Assembly (NCBI GenBank): GCA_045597865.1
Contig: JAZLKX010000025.1
Coordinates: 288,001-352,000 of the forward strand
Length of the DNA: 64,000 bases
Direction: 5' to 3'
From: Bacilli bacterium
Lineage (GTDB): Bacteria > Bacillota_I > Bacilli_A > RFN20 > CAG-826
A program made the position numbers and the translations under genes. The notes beneath the pieces are model-generated. The model searched no databases, was not told the origin of the DNA, and saw only the letters and a list, made by a program, of their open reading frames with translations. This document shows positions 49,646-60,243 of this stretch, piece after piece (position 1 is the first letter of the stretch; every line of letters starts with the position of its first letter).

Positions 49646-52194
49646 TATAGATTTTTCAATTTTTCCTCAAACTGAGCTAATTTTTGTTTTTCTAATTCCA
49701 CTTTTTCTTTCGGAGCTTTATTAACAAAGTTTGGATTATTTAGCATGCCTTTACATCTTGCAATTTCAGCTTCAAGGAATGCTTTGTCTTTTTCTTTCTT
49801 TAGTTTCAAGTCTTCCTCAGAAATTGAATCTTCTATGTATAATGTAAGCGCGCTATATACGAACTTCATGCCTTTGGAATTAGATTCTTTTGCAATTTCA
49901 ATCTTGTCTGCAAAGGTGAATCTTCTTAAATAAGTATCAATTCCATCAAATGGTTTTTTATCTTTATAGACCACCACTAAATTTAACTTATAGTTTGGAG
50001 CTAATTTATTGTTAACTTTGTAGTTACGAACATCAGTAATCATCTTGTAGAAATCTTCAACTTCTTCAAGACCCTTTTCGTCGTAATTTTTAGCTACTGG
50101 ATAGCTCTCTAACATGATTGATTTTAAGTGAGTTGGAAGAGCTAAATAAAGTTCCTCTCCAATGAATGGAGCGAATGGATAAATCATAATAATAATATTC
50201 TTAAGAATATTAACTAAAATAGATTTAACAACATTTTTGTAGTTTTCGTCGTTTCCGTTTAAGGCAACTTTACTCATTTCTAAGTAGTTTGAACAGAAGT
50301 CATCGTAGACGAAATTATAAAGATAAGTTGAAGCCATTGAATACTCGTATTTATCCATATAATTTTCGACTGATTTGATGGTCTTATTCATCTTCACTAA
50401 AATGTCTTTTTCAAGTGGCTTTAATTCATCAAATTTGATATCAGATTCTTTGAAATTTTCGCCAACAATATCCAAGACATAACGAGCAGAGTTCCAAATC
50501 TTATTTAAATAATTAGAACTTGCTTGAACTTTTTCTTCAATATAACGAATGTCTTGACCTGGTGCTGAACCGGTTGTTAAGAAATAACGAAGGGCGTCTA
50601 CACCATATTTATCGATTGCATCGATAGGGTCAATGCCGTTTCCAAGTGACTTAGACATTTTTCTGCCTTGGGAGTCACGAATAAGTCCATGAATTAAACA
50701 ATCTTTAAATGGAGATTTTCCAGTAAATTCTAGAGAATCAAAAATCATTCTGGAAACCCAGAAGAAAATAATGTCATAAGCAGTGACTAAAAGTGAATTT
50801 GGGAAATATCTCTCAAAATCAGGAGTCTTTTCTGGCCAACCTAAAGTTGCAAATGGCCATAAAGCTGAGCTGAACCATGTGTCTAAAACGTCTTCATCTT
50901 GAACATAATTTGGATCAGTCACTGGAGTTTCTGAAACAATAATGTCTCCTGTTTGCTTATTATAATAAGCAGGAATACGATGTCCCCACCAAAGTTGTCT
51001 AGAAATACACCAGTCATCGGCGTTTTCCATCCATTGTCTAAATGTGTGGTTAAAACGTTCTGGAACAAAGTTGACTTCACTTTTTGCTAAAGCTTGTTCT
51101 GCTAAAGGTCTCATTTTGACAAACCATTGTTTCATAAGCATTGGTTCAACAACACAATGTGATCTTTCAGAGTGACCAACTTGGTGAACGATGTCTTCGA
51201 TTTTGATAAGTCTACCGTCTTTTTCAATTTGTTTTACAAGTGCATCACGACATTCATATCTATCCATGCCTTTGTACTTGCCGCAGTTTTCGTTCATCTT
51301 TGCTTCTAAATCCATACACTTGATGAACTTCATTCCGTATTTCTTTGCTAAAGCAAAGTCATTTGGGTCATGGGCAGGAGTACATTTCATAGCACCTGTA
51401 CCAAATTCGATATCAACGTATTCATCACCCATAACTGGGATTTGCTCCTCGTTAGCTGGGTTGATGACCATTTTTCCAATTAAGTGTTTGTATCTTTCAT
51501 CTTTTGGGTTAACGAAAACTGCTGTATCGCCAAACATAGTTTCTGGTCTTGTTGTAGCGACTACTAAGTGATCGTTTGTACCAACGATTAGATACTTAAA
51601 ATAGAAAAATTTGCCTGGGTCATCGGAGTATTCTACTTCGATGTTAGATAAAGCTGTCTTAAGTTCTGGGTCATAGTTAATAATTCTTTCACCACGATAA
51701 ATGAGTCCTTTGTCATAAAGTGTCTTAAAGACGTGAAGAACAGCTTTGTTAAGTTGTTCGTCAAGTGTGAATCTTTCGCGGCTATAATCGAGCATTAAGC
51801 CCATTTTTGCCCATTGTTTGTGAATGTTATCAGCGTATTCTGCCTTCCATTCCCACGCTTTCTTTAAGAAACCTTCACGACCAAGGTCATAACGAGAAAC
51901 ACCTTCTTTACGAAGTTTTTCTTCAACTTTGGCTTGCGTAGCAATGCCAGCGTGGTCCATACCTGCTAACCACATAACATCAAAACCTTTAAGTTTTTTA
52001 TAACGTGCGGTTATATCTTGTACAGTTGTATTCCAGGCGTGACCTAAGTGTAACTTACCTGTAACGTTTGGAGGAGGAATCACCATTGAAAATGGAAGTT
52101 TTGATAAATCACCTGCGGTAAAATATCCTTCCTTTTTCCAATTTTCGTATTTTCCTTCTTCAACTTTCTTTGGATCATAACGTTTATCTAACAT
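49645..52194 (-). CDS. valS: Valine--tRNA ligase
   Basis: PPPNVTGKLHLGH, DHAGIATQ, TTRPET, WCISRQLWWGH, KMSKS. Confidence 0.98.
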   Translation of the reverse strand: MLDKRYDPKKVEEGKYENWKKEGYFTAGDLSKLPFSMVIPPPNVTGKLHLGHAWNTTVQDITARYKKLKGFDVMWLAGMDHAGIATQAKVEEKLRKEGVSRYDLGREGFLKKAWEWKAEYADNIHKQWAKMGLMLDYSRERFTLDEQLNKAVLHVFKTLYDKGLIYRGERIINYDPELKTALSNIEVEYSDDPGKFFYFKYLIVGTNDHLVVATTRPETMFGDTAVFVNPKDERYKHLIGKMVINPANEEQIPVMGDEYVDIEFGTGAMKCTPAHDPNDFALAKKYGMKFIKCMDLEAKMNENCGKYKGMDRYECRDALVKQIEKDGRLIKIEDIVHQVGHSERSHCVVEPMLMKQWFVKMRPLAEQALAKSEVNFVPERFNHTFRQWMENADDWCISRQLWWGHRIPAYYNKQTGDIIVSETPVTDPNYVQDEDVLDTWFSSALWPFATLGWPEKTPDFERYFPNSLLVTAYDIIFFWVSRMIFDSLEFTGKSPFKDCLIHGLIRDSQGRKMSKSLGNGIDPIDAIDKYGVDALRYFLTTGSAPGQDIRYIEEKVQASSNYLNKIWNSARYVLDIVGENFKESDIKFDELKPLEKDILVKMNKTIKSVENYMDKYEYSMASTYLYNFVYDDFCSNYLEMSKVALNGNDENYKNVVKSILVNILKNIIIMIYPFAPFIGEELYLALPTHLKSIMLESYPVAKNYDEKGLEEVEDFYKMITDVRNYKVNNKLAPNYKLNLVVVYKDKKPFDGIDTYLRRFTFADKIEIAKESNSKGMKFVYSALTLYIEDSISEEDLKLKKEKDKAFLEAEIARCKGMLNNPNFVNKAPKEKVELEKQKLAQFEEKLKNL

Positions 52195-52214
52195 AACTCT
52201 GACCTCCCATAAAT

Positions 52215-52423
52215 ATATAAAAAGCGCCCTATTTAAGGACGCTTTAACGTGGTACCACCTTAATTCTCTTACAAAAGTAAGAGCACTTAATTGAGTTATA
52301 ACGGAACAACCGCGATATTCCTATCGAGCCTCGCAAGCGACAATGATTATTTCCTAGTGAGATGCTTCCACCATCCATCTCTCTCTATAACTAAGAAGAT
52401 TAATCAACCTCTTGGTCAACAGC
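52215..52423 (-). ncRNA. T-box riboswitch (Val) leader of valS
   Basis: T-box AAGGTGGTACCACG (52248-52261), terminator AAAGCGTCC...GGGCGCTTT, stem I with AG and GNUG boxes, probable specifier GUC (52339-52341), TGnTATAAT ending at 52430. Confidence 0.9.
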
Positions 52424-52453
52424 GAATAAATTATAACAATTTCTTTATTTTAA

Positions 52454-53026
52454 TTAAAGAATTTGTGATATTTTTGCTTTAATTTCCTCTAAGCCCACTC
52501 CACTTGTGGATGATGCTAAGATGAAATTTTCAATTCCCATTTCATTTTGGATGTGTTTTTTAATCTTAGCTTTTTCGCTTTGATTAAGTTTATCTGCTTT
52601 AGAAGCAACCAAAATAAATGGAATTCCTTTTTCTACGATAAAATCGTAGAAGGCAACGTCGTCACTAGACATTTTATGTCTAGAGTCGACAATGAAGACT
52701 ACACCAGCAAGTGAAGGATTATCGAAGTAAGTCTCCATCATTTTGGAGAAATTATCGAGATGTTTACTTCCACTTGCTGTGTAACCATATCCTGGTGCAT
52801 CAACTAAATAAAACTTTTCATCGATTTCAAAGTAATTTAATAACTTTGTATAACCTGGTTTTGAAGATGTAAATGCCATCTTCTTATTTTTTACTAAAGC
52901 ATTGATTAAAGAACTCTTACCAACATTTGATTTACCAACGAAGACAACTTCTTTTAAGGATTTGTCCGGTCTATCGCTAAAGGTAGGAGCAGATTTAACA
53001 AATTTTACTTTAGAAAAATTAATCAT
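52454..53026 (-). CDS. engB: Ribosome biogenesis GTPase EngB/YsxC
   Basis: GKSNVGKSS, SSKPG.T, DAPGYG, KADK. Confidence 0.95.
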   Translation of the reverse strand: MINFSKVKFVKSAPTFSDRPDKSLKEVVFVGKSNVGKSSLINALVKNKKMAFTSSKPGYTKLLNYFEIDEKFYLVDAPGYGYTASGSKHLDNFSKMMETYFDNPSLAGVVFIVDSRHKMSSDDVAFYDFIVEKGIPFILVASKADKLNQSEKAKIKKHIQNEMGIENFILASSTSGVGLEEIKAKISQIL

Positions 53027-53027
53027 T

Positions 53028-55346
53028 TTATTTAACTAATGCTACCTTTAATGCATCATCTACACTCTTCATATAAATGATGTTTAAATTATCCTTAACT
53101 TCCTTTGGAAGTTCATCAACAGCTTTTTTGTTCTCTTTTGGAACAACAATAGTTTTGATTCCACTTCTTAAAGCTGCGAGTGATTTTTCACGCAAACCAC
53201 CGATTGGAAGTGCGTGTCCGCGAAGTGTTACTTCACCTGTCATTGCAACCTCATTGCTTACTGGAGATTTAGTAAAGCTTGAGATAATGGCAGTTGTAAT
53301 TGCAACACCAGCACTTGGTCCATCTTTTGGAACTGCACCTTCTGGAACGTGAATGTGAAGGTCATTTTTCTCGAAAAGTTTTGGATCAATTTTGTATTTT
53401 GAAGCATTTGATTTTACGTAAGAATATGCAATAGTTGCAGACTCTTTCATAACATCTCCTAACTTACCAGTTAGGATTAAACCACCCTTACCTGGGAAGT
53501 AGTTAACTTCAATTGGAAGAATATCGCCACCAAATTCAGTGTATGCTAAACCTGTAACTACACCAACTTGGCCCTTTTCTTCTTTCTTTGTGTTTTCAAA
53601 AAGAGGAGCACCTAAATACTTTTCAATAAGTTTAGGAGTAACTTCTACTTTTTTGAGCTCTTTGTTTGTTAATAACTCAACCACCGCTTTTCTCATTACT
53701 GAGGCAATTTTACGTTCAAGTTCACGTACACCAGCTTCGCGTGTGTACTTGCGAATTAAATGTAAATAAGCATCTTCACTAAATGAAATTTGACGTGATT
53801 TTAAGCCGTTTGCAGCAAGTTGTTTCTTAAATAAGAAACCTTTTGCAATTTTAAGCTTTTCAATTTCAGTATAAGAATTAACTTCAATAAGTTCTAGTCT
53901 ATCACGAAGAGGGGCTGGAATATTTTCCAAATAGTTGGCAGTACAAATAAACAAAACATTGCTTAAGTCATAAGGCTCTTCAAGATAATTATCATTGAAA
54001 GCAAAGTTTTGTTCTGGATCAAGCACTTCGAGAAGTGCTGATGCAGGATCTCCTTTGTATGATGAAGCGAGTTTATCAACTTCATCTAAAAGGAAAACTG
54101 GATTTGTAACGCCAACGCGTTTCATGCCTGAAATAATACGGCCAGGCATTGAGCCAACGTATGTGCGTCTATGTCCACGAATTTCAGCTTCATCAGAAAT
54201 ACCACCAAGAGAAGCTTTGAAGAATTTTCTTCCAAGTGCTCTAGCGATTGATTTTCCAAGAGAAGTTTTGCCACATCCTGGTGGACCATAGAAACAAAGA
54301 ATTGGAGCCTTTAAATTGCCAGTCATTTTCTTGACTGCTAAGTACTCTACAATACGTTTTTTAACATCAGTAAGACCATAATGGTCTTCATCTAATATTT
54401 TCTTAACGTTTTCAAGGTCTTCATTATCTTGAGTTTCTTCAAACCATGGAACATCCATTAATGTTTGAATGTAGCTCATAATAAGTGAAGATTCTAGTGA
54501 TGCTTGTGGCATCATTGAATAACGTTTAAGTTCTGTTTTGACCTTGGCTTTAACATGATCTGGATAAGGATGTTCTTCAAGACGTTTTTTGATGTTTTCT
54601 TCATCACTTGTTCCGTCTGGATCATCACCTAGTTCTTTTTTAATAGCGCGAAGTTTTTCTCTAAGAATGTAATCGCGTTGTTGTTTTTCAGTTTGTTCTG
54701 AAACATCTTTACTGATGTCTTTATCAATTTCTGCTTCCTTTTTAACTTCGTTAATAGCAAGTAATGTGAGCTCTAAACGTTTCTCTAAATCGAGTTCATT
54801 TAAAATTCTCATTCTGCCTTCATCAGTTAAAGGAATGTAAGGTGCTAAAATGTCAGGAAGAATGGTTGGTTCTACACCTTTTGTAGTAATGTCTGCAAAA
54901 AGTGTTCTTGGAACTACATTGCTAACTTCTGGAGTTGCAACTAAAGCTGAAATAATGTTTTTGCAATAAGCAACAACACGCTTTTCGTCTTTAACTACAT
55001 CTTCGATTGTTTCAGCATCTGCAACGAAATGACCAGAGGCATCAAATGAAACATTGTTAATTTTCACACGTTTTGTACCAGTAATGTGAATTTTGACGTA
55101 TGTCTTCATGTTTGAATATGAAGTAATACGGCACAAAGTGCCGACTTCACACACATCTTTTTGTGATGGCACTTCAATAGAAGCATCTTTTTGAGCCACA
55201 ACTAAAAGGAGGGATGAGTTGAGGTCTCTGCTTGCATCGATTGCTTTAATAGAAAAGTCTCTACCAGCATCAATTTGTACATTTTTCTGTTCTGGGAAAA
55301 TAACAAATGTTTTTGTGATAAGTAATGGTAAAGTCATCTTTGCCAT
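53028..55346 (-). CDS. lon: Lon protease
   Basis: GPPGCGKT, GHRRTY, LLDEVDK, PKDGPSAG, IGGLREK. Confidence 0.97.
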   Translation of the reverse strand: MAKMTLPLLITKTFVIFPEQKNVQIDAGRDFSIKAIDASRDLNSSLLLVVAQKDASIEVPSQKDVCEVGTLCRITSYSNMKTYVKIHITGTKRVKINNVSFDASGHFVADAETIEDVVKDEKRVVAYCKNIISALVATPEVSNVVPRTLFADITTKGVEPTILPDILAPYIPLTDEGRMRILNELDLEKRLELTLLAINEVKKEAEIDKDISKDVSEQTEKQQRDYILREKLRAIKKELGDDPDGTSDEENIKKRLEEHPYPDHVKAKVKTELKRYSMMPQASLESSLIMSYIQTLMDVPWFEETQDNEDLENVKKILDEDHYGLTDVKKRIVEYLAVKKMTGNLKAPILCFYGPPGCGKTSLGKSIARALGRKFFKASLGGISDEAEIRGHRRTYVGSMPGRIISGMKRVGVTNPVFLLDEVDKLASSYKGDPASALLEVLDPEQNFAFNDNYLEEPYDLSNVLFICTANYLENIPAPLRDRLELIEVNSYTEIEKLKIAKGFLFKKQLAANGLKSRQISFSEDAYLHLIRKYTREAGVRELERKIASVMRKAVVELLTNKELKKVEVTPKLIEKYLGAPLFENTKKEEKGQVGVVTGLAYTEFGGDILPIEVNYFPGKGGLILTGKLGDVMKESATIAYSYVKSNASKYKIDPKLFEKNDLHIHVPEGAVPKDGPSAGVAITTAIISSFTKSPVSNEVAMTGEVTLRGHALPIGGLREKSLAALRSGIKTIVVPKENKKAVDELPKEVKDNLNIIYMKSVDDALKVALVK

Positions 55347-55378
55347 AAATATCCTCCTTTCTAATTAAATAAATTTAA

Positions 55379-56656
55379 TTAAGCAATATTTTCTTTGACT
55401 AAGAAGTCTTGAATCTTGCGTTGACGGAGTTCAGCTTTAAATCTGTTCATGTCTGCGCCAAGAATTTCTTTGACTTTGTCAACTGGCATCTTATAGGTGT
55501 CAGCGATTGATTGCATTTCTTTTTCAACGTCAGCATCGCTAACTGTAAGTTTTTCGGCATTGGCAATTGCTTCCATACATAAAATTGTACGAACGTTCTT
55601 GTCTGCTTCGACTTTCATGCTCTTTTCGACGTCTTCTGGTTTTTGACCAGTGATTTGATAGTATTGTTCAAGTGTTAAACCACGTTGTTCAATTTGTTGT
55701 TGCATGTTTTTCTTCATGCCTTCAACTTCATCTAAAAGAATTTCATCTGCAATTTCAATCTTTGCATCTTTAACGATTGCATCTAAGACTTTGTTTAATG
55801 CATCATTTTGTGCTTTAGCTTCTTTAGAAGCTTTGATTTGTTTTTCTTCATAAGCTTTTAAGCCAGCTTCATCTTTAACATCTGGAATATTAAGTTCTTT
55901 GATGAGGTCAGCATCAAGTTTTGGAGTAACTTTTTCCTTAACTTCGTGGACAACACATTTAAATAATGCTTTCTTGCCTGCGAGTTCTGGAACATATTGT
56001 TCTGGGAATGTAACGTTAACATCGACGTTTTCTCCTGCTTTGTGACCAACTAATTGATCTTCAAAGCCTGGAACAAATGAATTTGAACCTAATTCTAACG
56101 AATAGTTATCAGCTTTTCCGCCATCAAATTCTTTGCCATCAACTGAACCAACAAAGTCAATAACGACTGTGTCGCCTTTTGCTGCTGGACCTTCTTTGAC
56201 TGCGAGTGAAGCTTGTTGAGCAACGAGTTTATCAATTGCTTCTTTAACTTCTTCTTCGGTTACCTTAACAGCATCTTTTTTGATTGCTAAGCCTTTGTAA
56301 TTTCCGAGCTTAACTTCTGGTGCTAAGATAATGATGAACTTCAATTGAAGTTCTGAGTCTGAAACTTTAGTAACATCAACACTTGGTCTGGCAAATGGTT
56401 GAAGTTTTTCTTCTTTCAAGACTTCGTCGAATGCTGGTTGAAGCATGGAATTAATTGCTTCATTAAAAATTGAACCAGTGTCGATGTGTTTACGTGCCAT
56501 TGCTTCTGGAACGGAACCTTTACGGAATCCTTTGAGTTCAAGATTTTTTGCTAACTTTTTGAAAGCTTTTTCTTGAGCTGCTTTCCAATCTGCAGTTTCG
56601 ACGTCACAAATGACTTCGACTTTTGAATTTTCAAGTTTGTTTACAACTCTTTTCAT
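55379..56656 (-). CDS. tig: Trigger factor
   Basis: GFRKG.VP, FKBP domain (DF.G, F.GG, PGFEDQL, FPEQY). Confidence 0.97.
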   Translation of the reverse strand: MKRVVNKLENSKVEVICDVETADWKAAQEKAFKKLAKNLELKGFRKGSVPEAMARKHIDTGSIFNEAINSMLQPAFDEVLKEEKLQPFARPSVDVTKVSDSELQLKFIIILAPEVKLGNYKGLAIKKDAVKVTEEEVKEAIDKLVAQQASLAVKEGPAAKGDTVVIDFVGSVDGKEFDGGKADNYSLELGSNSFVPGFEDQLVGHKAGENVDVNVTFPEQYVPELAGKKALFKCVVHEVKEKVTPKLDADLIKELNIPDVKDEAGLKAYEEKQIKASKEAKAQNDALNKVLDAIVKDAKIEIADEILLDEVEGMKKNMQQQIEQRGLTLEQYYQITGQKPEDVEKSMKVEADKNVRTILCMEAIANAEKLTVSDADVEKEMQSIADTYKMPVDKVKEILGADMNRFKAELRQRKIQDFLVKENIA

Positions 56657-56767
56657 AATTTATTTCTAATCTCCTTTAAATTACGTAAGTAAGAGTATAC
56701 AAAAAACTTGTCGCATACGCAACAAGAAAATTGTTATTTAATATTTTTTGTCTATAGACAGTTTATA

Positions 56768-57670
56768 TTAGATTCTAATTTCTGGGGTGGATTCGATTTT
56801 AGCTTTTATTTTATGAGCAAAATTAAGTAATTCTTCATCTAAAGATGAAGTATCTTGTCCAAGGTATTCATTTGCAATTGCAATGAACGCTGAGGCTAAT
56901 TTATCACATCCGTCATAATAAATATCAGATGGATATGTATCAATAATGTAGCAATTAAACAAATGAAGAGCCGTCTCGGTAAGCGAAACATTATTGTTTG
57001 CTTTTGAGACAATTTTTTTACAAACTTCGTTGAATTTAAATGACATAAATGGAGGCTCTAATTTAGATGGGTTTACAGTAATAATTCCTTCAGTACTTCT
57101 AAACTTAATTTCTTGATTAAATTTTTCGTCTAAAAGTAGGATTAAAGCGTATGTTCTAAAATTAGGATTTACATCTTCTCTTAACATGAAAATTTTAAGT
57201 GATTCAATATAAATATTGAGATTGTAATTTTTTAATGAAAAAAGTACTTGAGAAATCTTTGCTTGATCGCTATCTTTTTCTAAGATGTCATAAATCTCAT
57301 CAAGCTCAAATTTTTGTGATGATTTTGGGTGTGATTCTTCTTCAATTCTATCCTTCATTTCTCTCATAAATTCTTCCACTTCTTGAGAGACATAAGGAAG
57401 GTTTTCATAATGTTTTAATGCGATGCGAGCTTCATCAAATAACTTCTTCGATAAAAGTAACTCAAAATGGAGTTTCATTAAACGAAGTTGATATTTACTT
57501 TCAATCAAAGATTGATTCTTTTCAATTTCATCTAATGCTTCATCGCTTTTGCCTAAAATAACAAGGCAAGAAACGCGCATTAAAAGTTCCTTTGGATCTT
57601 TGCTATCTTTTGTAAGGTCCAAAACTAATTGATATTCTTTTTTATTAAATAAAGAATCTAAGTTGTCCAT
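56768..57670 (-). CDS. Helical (TPR-like) hypothetical protein, possibly DUF3196/YsoA-like
   Basis: 300-aa all-alpha ORF with LPYVS motif, directly upstream of tig. Confidence 0.55.
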   Translation of the reverse strand: MDNLDSLFNKKEYQLVLDLTKDSKDPKELLMRVSCLVILGKSDEALDEIEKNQSLIESKYQLRLMKLHFELLLSKKLFDEARIALKHYENLPYVSQEVEEFMREMKDRIEEESHPKSSQKFELDEIYDILEKDSDQAKISQVLFSLKNYNLNIYIESLKIFMLREDVNPNFRTYALILLLDEKFNQEIKFRSTEGIITVNPSKLEPPFMSFKFNEVCKKIVSKANNNVSLTETALHLFNCYIIDTYPSDIYYDGCDKLASAFIAIANEYLGQDTSSLDEELLNFAHKIKAKIESTPEIRI

Positions 57671-57744
57671 GGGCTAAATTATACACCAAGGCAAATAAAA
57701 AGGAAGAACATTAATGTCCTTCCTCATTTATTTTTCTTTTTTAA

Positions 57745-58863
57745 TTAAATCATTATGTTGTGTTCTTCTGGAGCAACACCAACAATAGTTGCGCTATCAG
57801 AGGAGCTAACAATTTCTAATATAAGAGAAATTATATCTGCTTCAACAAAGGTTGAGAAATCTGGAAATTCTACAGAGCCTGTACCATAGGTAAAAGTTGC
57901 AAATTCTTCCGATGAAATCTTTTCTTTCGATTCGATTTTACCGTCTTTCTTGCTTTCATTATCAATTGATTCTTTGATATTTATTTTTTGCAAATTACCA
58001 GCGTTTGAAAATAAAACATCACCGGTAATAAGCATATCTTGTTTTATTTCATGGAAACCATAAATGTCTGTATACATGTTTTCAAGACCATCGCCATATT
58101 GAATAAGCATGCCGAGTCCATTGCCATCATAATCATAAACTGCAACTGGAGATGTTTGACCCTCTAATAATTCTTCAACACCTTCGGTAATTTCTTCTTT
58201 TAATTCTAGGAACATTTCATCAGTAACTGTTGGAATGTATTGCTCATCATCGATACCAAAAGTAGAAACTAAATCGACAAGTTTAACTTTGTTAAATAAT
58301 GGAGTTACAGCTAAATAAACTGCTTCTAAGTTTGATGCTGGAACTACATAATCAATAATGCTATTTGCAAGATTTTCAAAAGCGTCATTAGAAAAATCAG
58401 CATAAACAATTGCATTATCTAAATAAATTCCAAATGAGACGTCTGTAGCTTTGAAAATTTTCTTTGCTTCTGGGATTTCTTCATTAATAACCACTTGTCC
58501 ATTAAATTTGGAAACTTCAATAGCAATTTCCCAGTCACTAAGCTTACTTTGAAGATTGTTAGCCTTAAGGCTATAATCAAAGCCTAAATCAATACCTTTT
58601 ACTGTTGTTTCTTCAATAACAAGGGAGAATTGATCTACTTTAAACGAACCTTCAATTTCAAAACCAGTTAATGCAGATTGATAGGTAATTTTAATGTCAT
58701 CTGCTAATTTTTCACCAGCTTTTTTAGCTTGGTCAGGATCTTTTAAATCAATCTCTGTTCCGCCTGCTGGAAGACCATCGTTTGGAGCTGGTTCCTCAGC
58801 TGGTTCTCCACAGCCTGTAAGAAGTAGACCTGCGAGAGGTAAAAGTAATAAATGTTTTTTCAT
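57745..58863 (-). CDS. Acidic lipoprotein, unknown function
   Basis: MKKHLLLLPLAGLLLTG-C lipobox; D/E-rich body. Confidence 0.75.
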   Translation of the reverse strand: MKKHLLLLPLAGLLLTGCGEPAEEPAPNDGLPAGGTEIDLKDPDQAKKAGEKLADDIKITYQSALTGFEIEGSFKVDQFSLVIEETTVKGIDLGFDYSLKANNLQSKLSDWEIAIEVSKFNGQVVINEEIPEAKKIFKATDVSFGIYLDNAIVYADFSNDAFENLANSIIDYVVPASNLEAVYLAVTPLFNKVKLVDLVSTFGIDDEQYIPTVTDEMFLELKEEITEGVEELLEGQTSPVAVYDYDGNGLGMLIQYGDGLENMYTDIYGFHEIKQDMLITGDVLFSNAGNLQKINIKESIDNESKKDGKIESKEKISSEEFATFTYGTGSVEFPDFSTFVEADIISLILEIVSSSDSATIVGVAPEEHNIMI

Positions 58864-58904
58864 ATTTTTCTTCTTTCTATATTTATATTAAATATATTTT
58901 CAAA

Positions 58905-59750
58905 TTAAATCAATACTAAAGCAAAACCAAGCATAAGACCAAAAAGAATCATAAATGCAGGCAATTTACTCTTCCACATAAGAATTGACTCTGGGAGCAA
59001 TTCACCAAAAACAACGTAAAGCATAGCGCCACTAGCTAAAGCTAAGCTAACAGATAAACCAACTTCGTTAATTCCACCAACTGCGAAACCGATAATTGCA
59101 CCTATGACAGTTGGAAGACCTGATAAAGCGGTATAAACTGCAGCTTTCCATTTCTTGGTTCCACCTGAAACTAAAGGAACAGAAACAGCCATTCCTTCAG
59201 GAATATTGTGTAAACCAATAACAATAGCAATAAGAATTCCTGAACCGCCTAAAATAACAGTTGGATCTTTAGCATAAGTTGCGCCAATAACCATACCTTC
59301 AGGTAGGTTATGAAGAGCAATAACAATAGCCATAACTAATCCAGCCATAAATAAACGATTATCGCTTCTTTTGTGGTGCTCAAGGTGATCAGCGTGAATA
59401 ATTTCTCCTAAATCATCGTGTACATCAGGATGATCCTCTGACGTATGAGGAACCTCTTTTTTAAGACGAACATCAATTAACTTATTAATTCCAAACACAA
59501 TTAAATAACCTGCTACTGTGCAGCCAATAACTAAAGCAATGAAACCAGTATTATCTGAATGAGGTTGAATTGCTTCATGAAGCAAATCAAAACATACAAC
59601 TGCAAGCATTACACCACCAGCAAAAGCTAAAAGTAAAGATACGACTTTCTTGGAATCTCTTTTAGTTAGAACTCCAATCAAACCACCGATACCAGTGCCA
59701 ACAACACCAGCGATGAATGTTACTAATACAATCCAGCCTATGTTTTCCAT
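58905..59750 (-). CDS. ZIP (ZupT/GufA) family metal transporter
   Basis: FAGGVML, His-rich loop, LHNLPEG, LHNIPEG, GAMLYVV. Confidence 0.92.
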   Translation of the reverse strand: MENIGWIVLVTFIAGVVGTGIGGLIGVLTKRDSKKVVSLLLAFAGGVMLAVVCFDLLHEAIQPHSDNTGFIALVIGCTVAGYLIVFGINKLIDVRLKKEVPHTSEDHPDVHDDLGEIIHADHLEHHKRSDNRLFMAGLVMAIVIALHNLPEGMVIGATYAKDPTVILGGSGILIAIVIGLHNIPEGMAVSVPLVSGGTKKWKAAVYTALSGLPTVIGAIIGFAVGGINEVGLSVSLALASGAMLYVVFGELLPESILMWKSKLPAFMILFGLMLGFALVLI

Positions 59751-59790
59751 AACAACATTATTATAAATAAAAGCAAAAATTATTCAAGTA

Positions 59791-59812
59791 AAAATTAACT
59801 TCGGTTAACTTT
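59791..59812. promoter_or_regulatory. Probable DtxR/MntR(ScaR/SloR)-type operator
   Basis: AAAATTAAC-TTCG-GTTAACTTT inverted repeat between the divergent ZIP and regulator genes. Confidence 0.65.
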
Positions 59813-59851
59813 TTTATTGTTTTTTCTGATTGTTTGAGTAAAAATTGAATT

Positions 59852-60214
59852 ATGAAACTTTCGCAATCATTTGAAGACTATTTGGAAGCAATTTACGTTT
59901 TAGAGATTTCAAAGCAGAAAATTAAATCTGTAACAATTTCCAAAATGTTAGACGTTTCAAAGCCTGCAGTTACAAAGGCTATGAACGAGCTTTTTGATGC
60001 GAAATATATAGAAAAAACCCCATATTCCCCTATTAAATTAACAAAATCTGGTCGTGAAATTGCCAAAAATGTTTACCACAGACACACAGTCATACGTGAT
60101 TTTTTAATTAACACATTAGGCGTAAATAGCAACGTTGCTGAAAAAGATTGTTGCATGATTGAACATGTCATTTCTCCCGAAACCCTAAGGGCCATGGAAA
60201 ATATAAATAAGTAA
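59852..60214 (+). CDS. DtxR/MntR-family metal-dependent regulator
   Basis: EDYLEAI, VSKPAVT, LT..G, RH, CMIEH. Confidence 0.92.
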   Translation: MKLSQSFEDYLEAIYVLEISKQKIKSVTISKMLDVSKPAVTKAMNELFDAKYIEKTPYSPIKLTKSGREIAKNVYHRHTVIRDFLINTLGVNSNVAEKDCCMIEHVISPETLRAMENINK

Positions 60215-60219
60215 ATTAA

Positions 60220-60243
60220 AGGGACCTTTAGGTCCCTATTTTT
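60220..60243. terminator. Bidirectional terminator
   Basis: AGGGACC-ttta-GGTCCCT between convergent genes. Confidence 0.75.

Noticed and set aside
52291-52482. 63-aa + strand ORF
   Set aside because: Antisense to the valS T-box leader.
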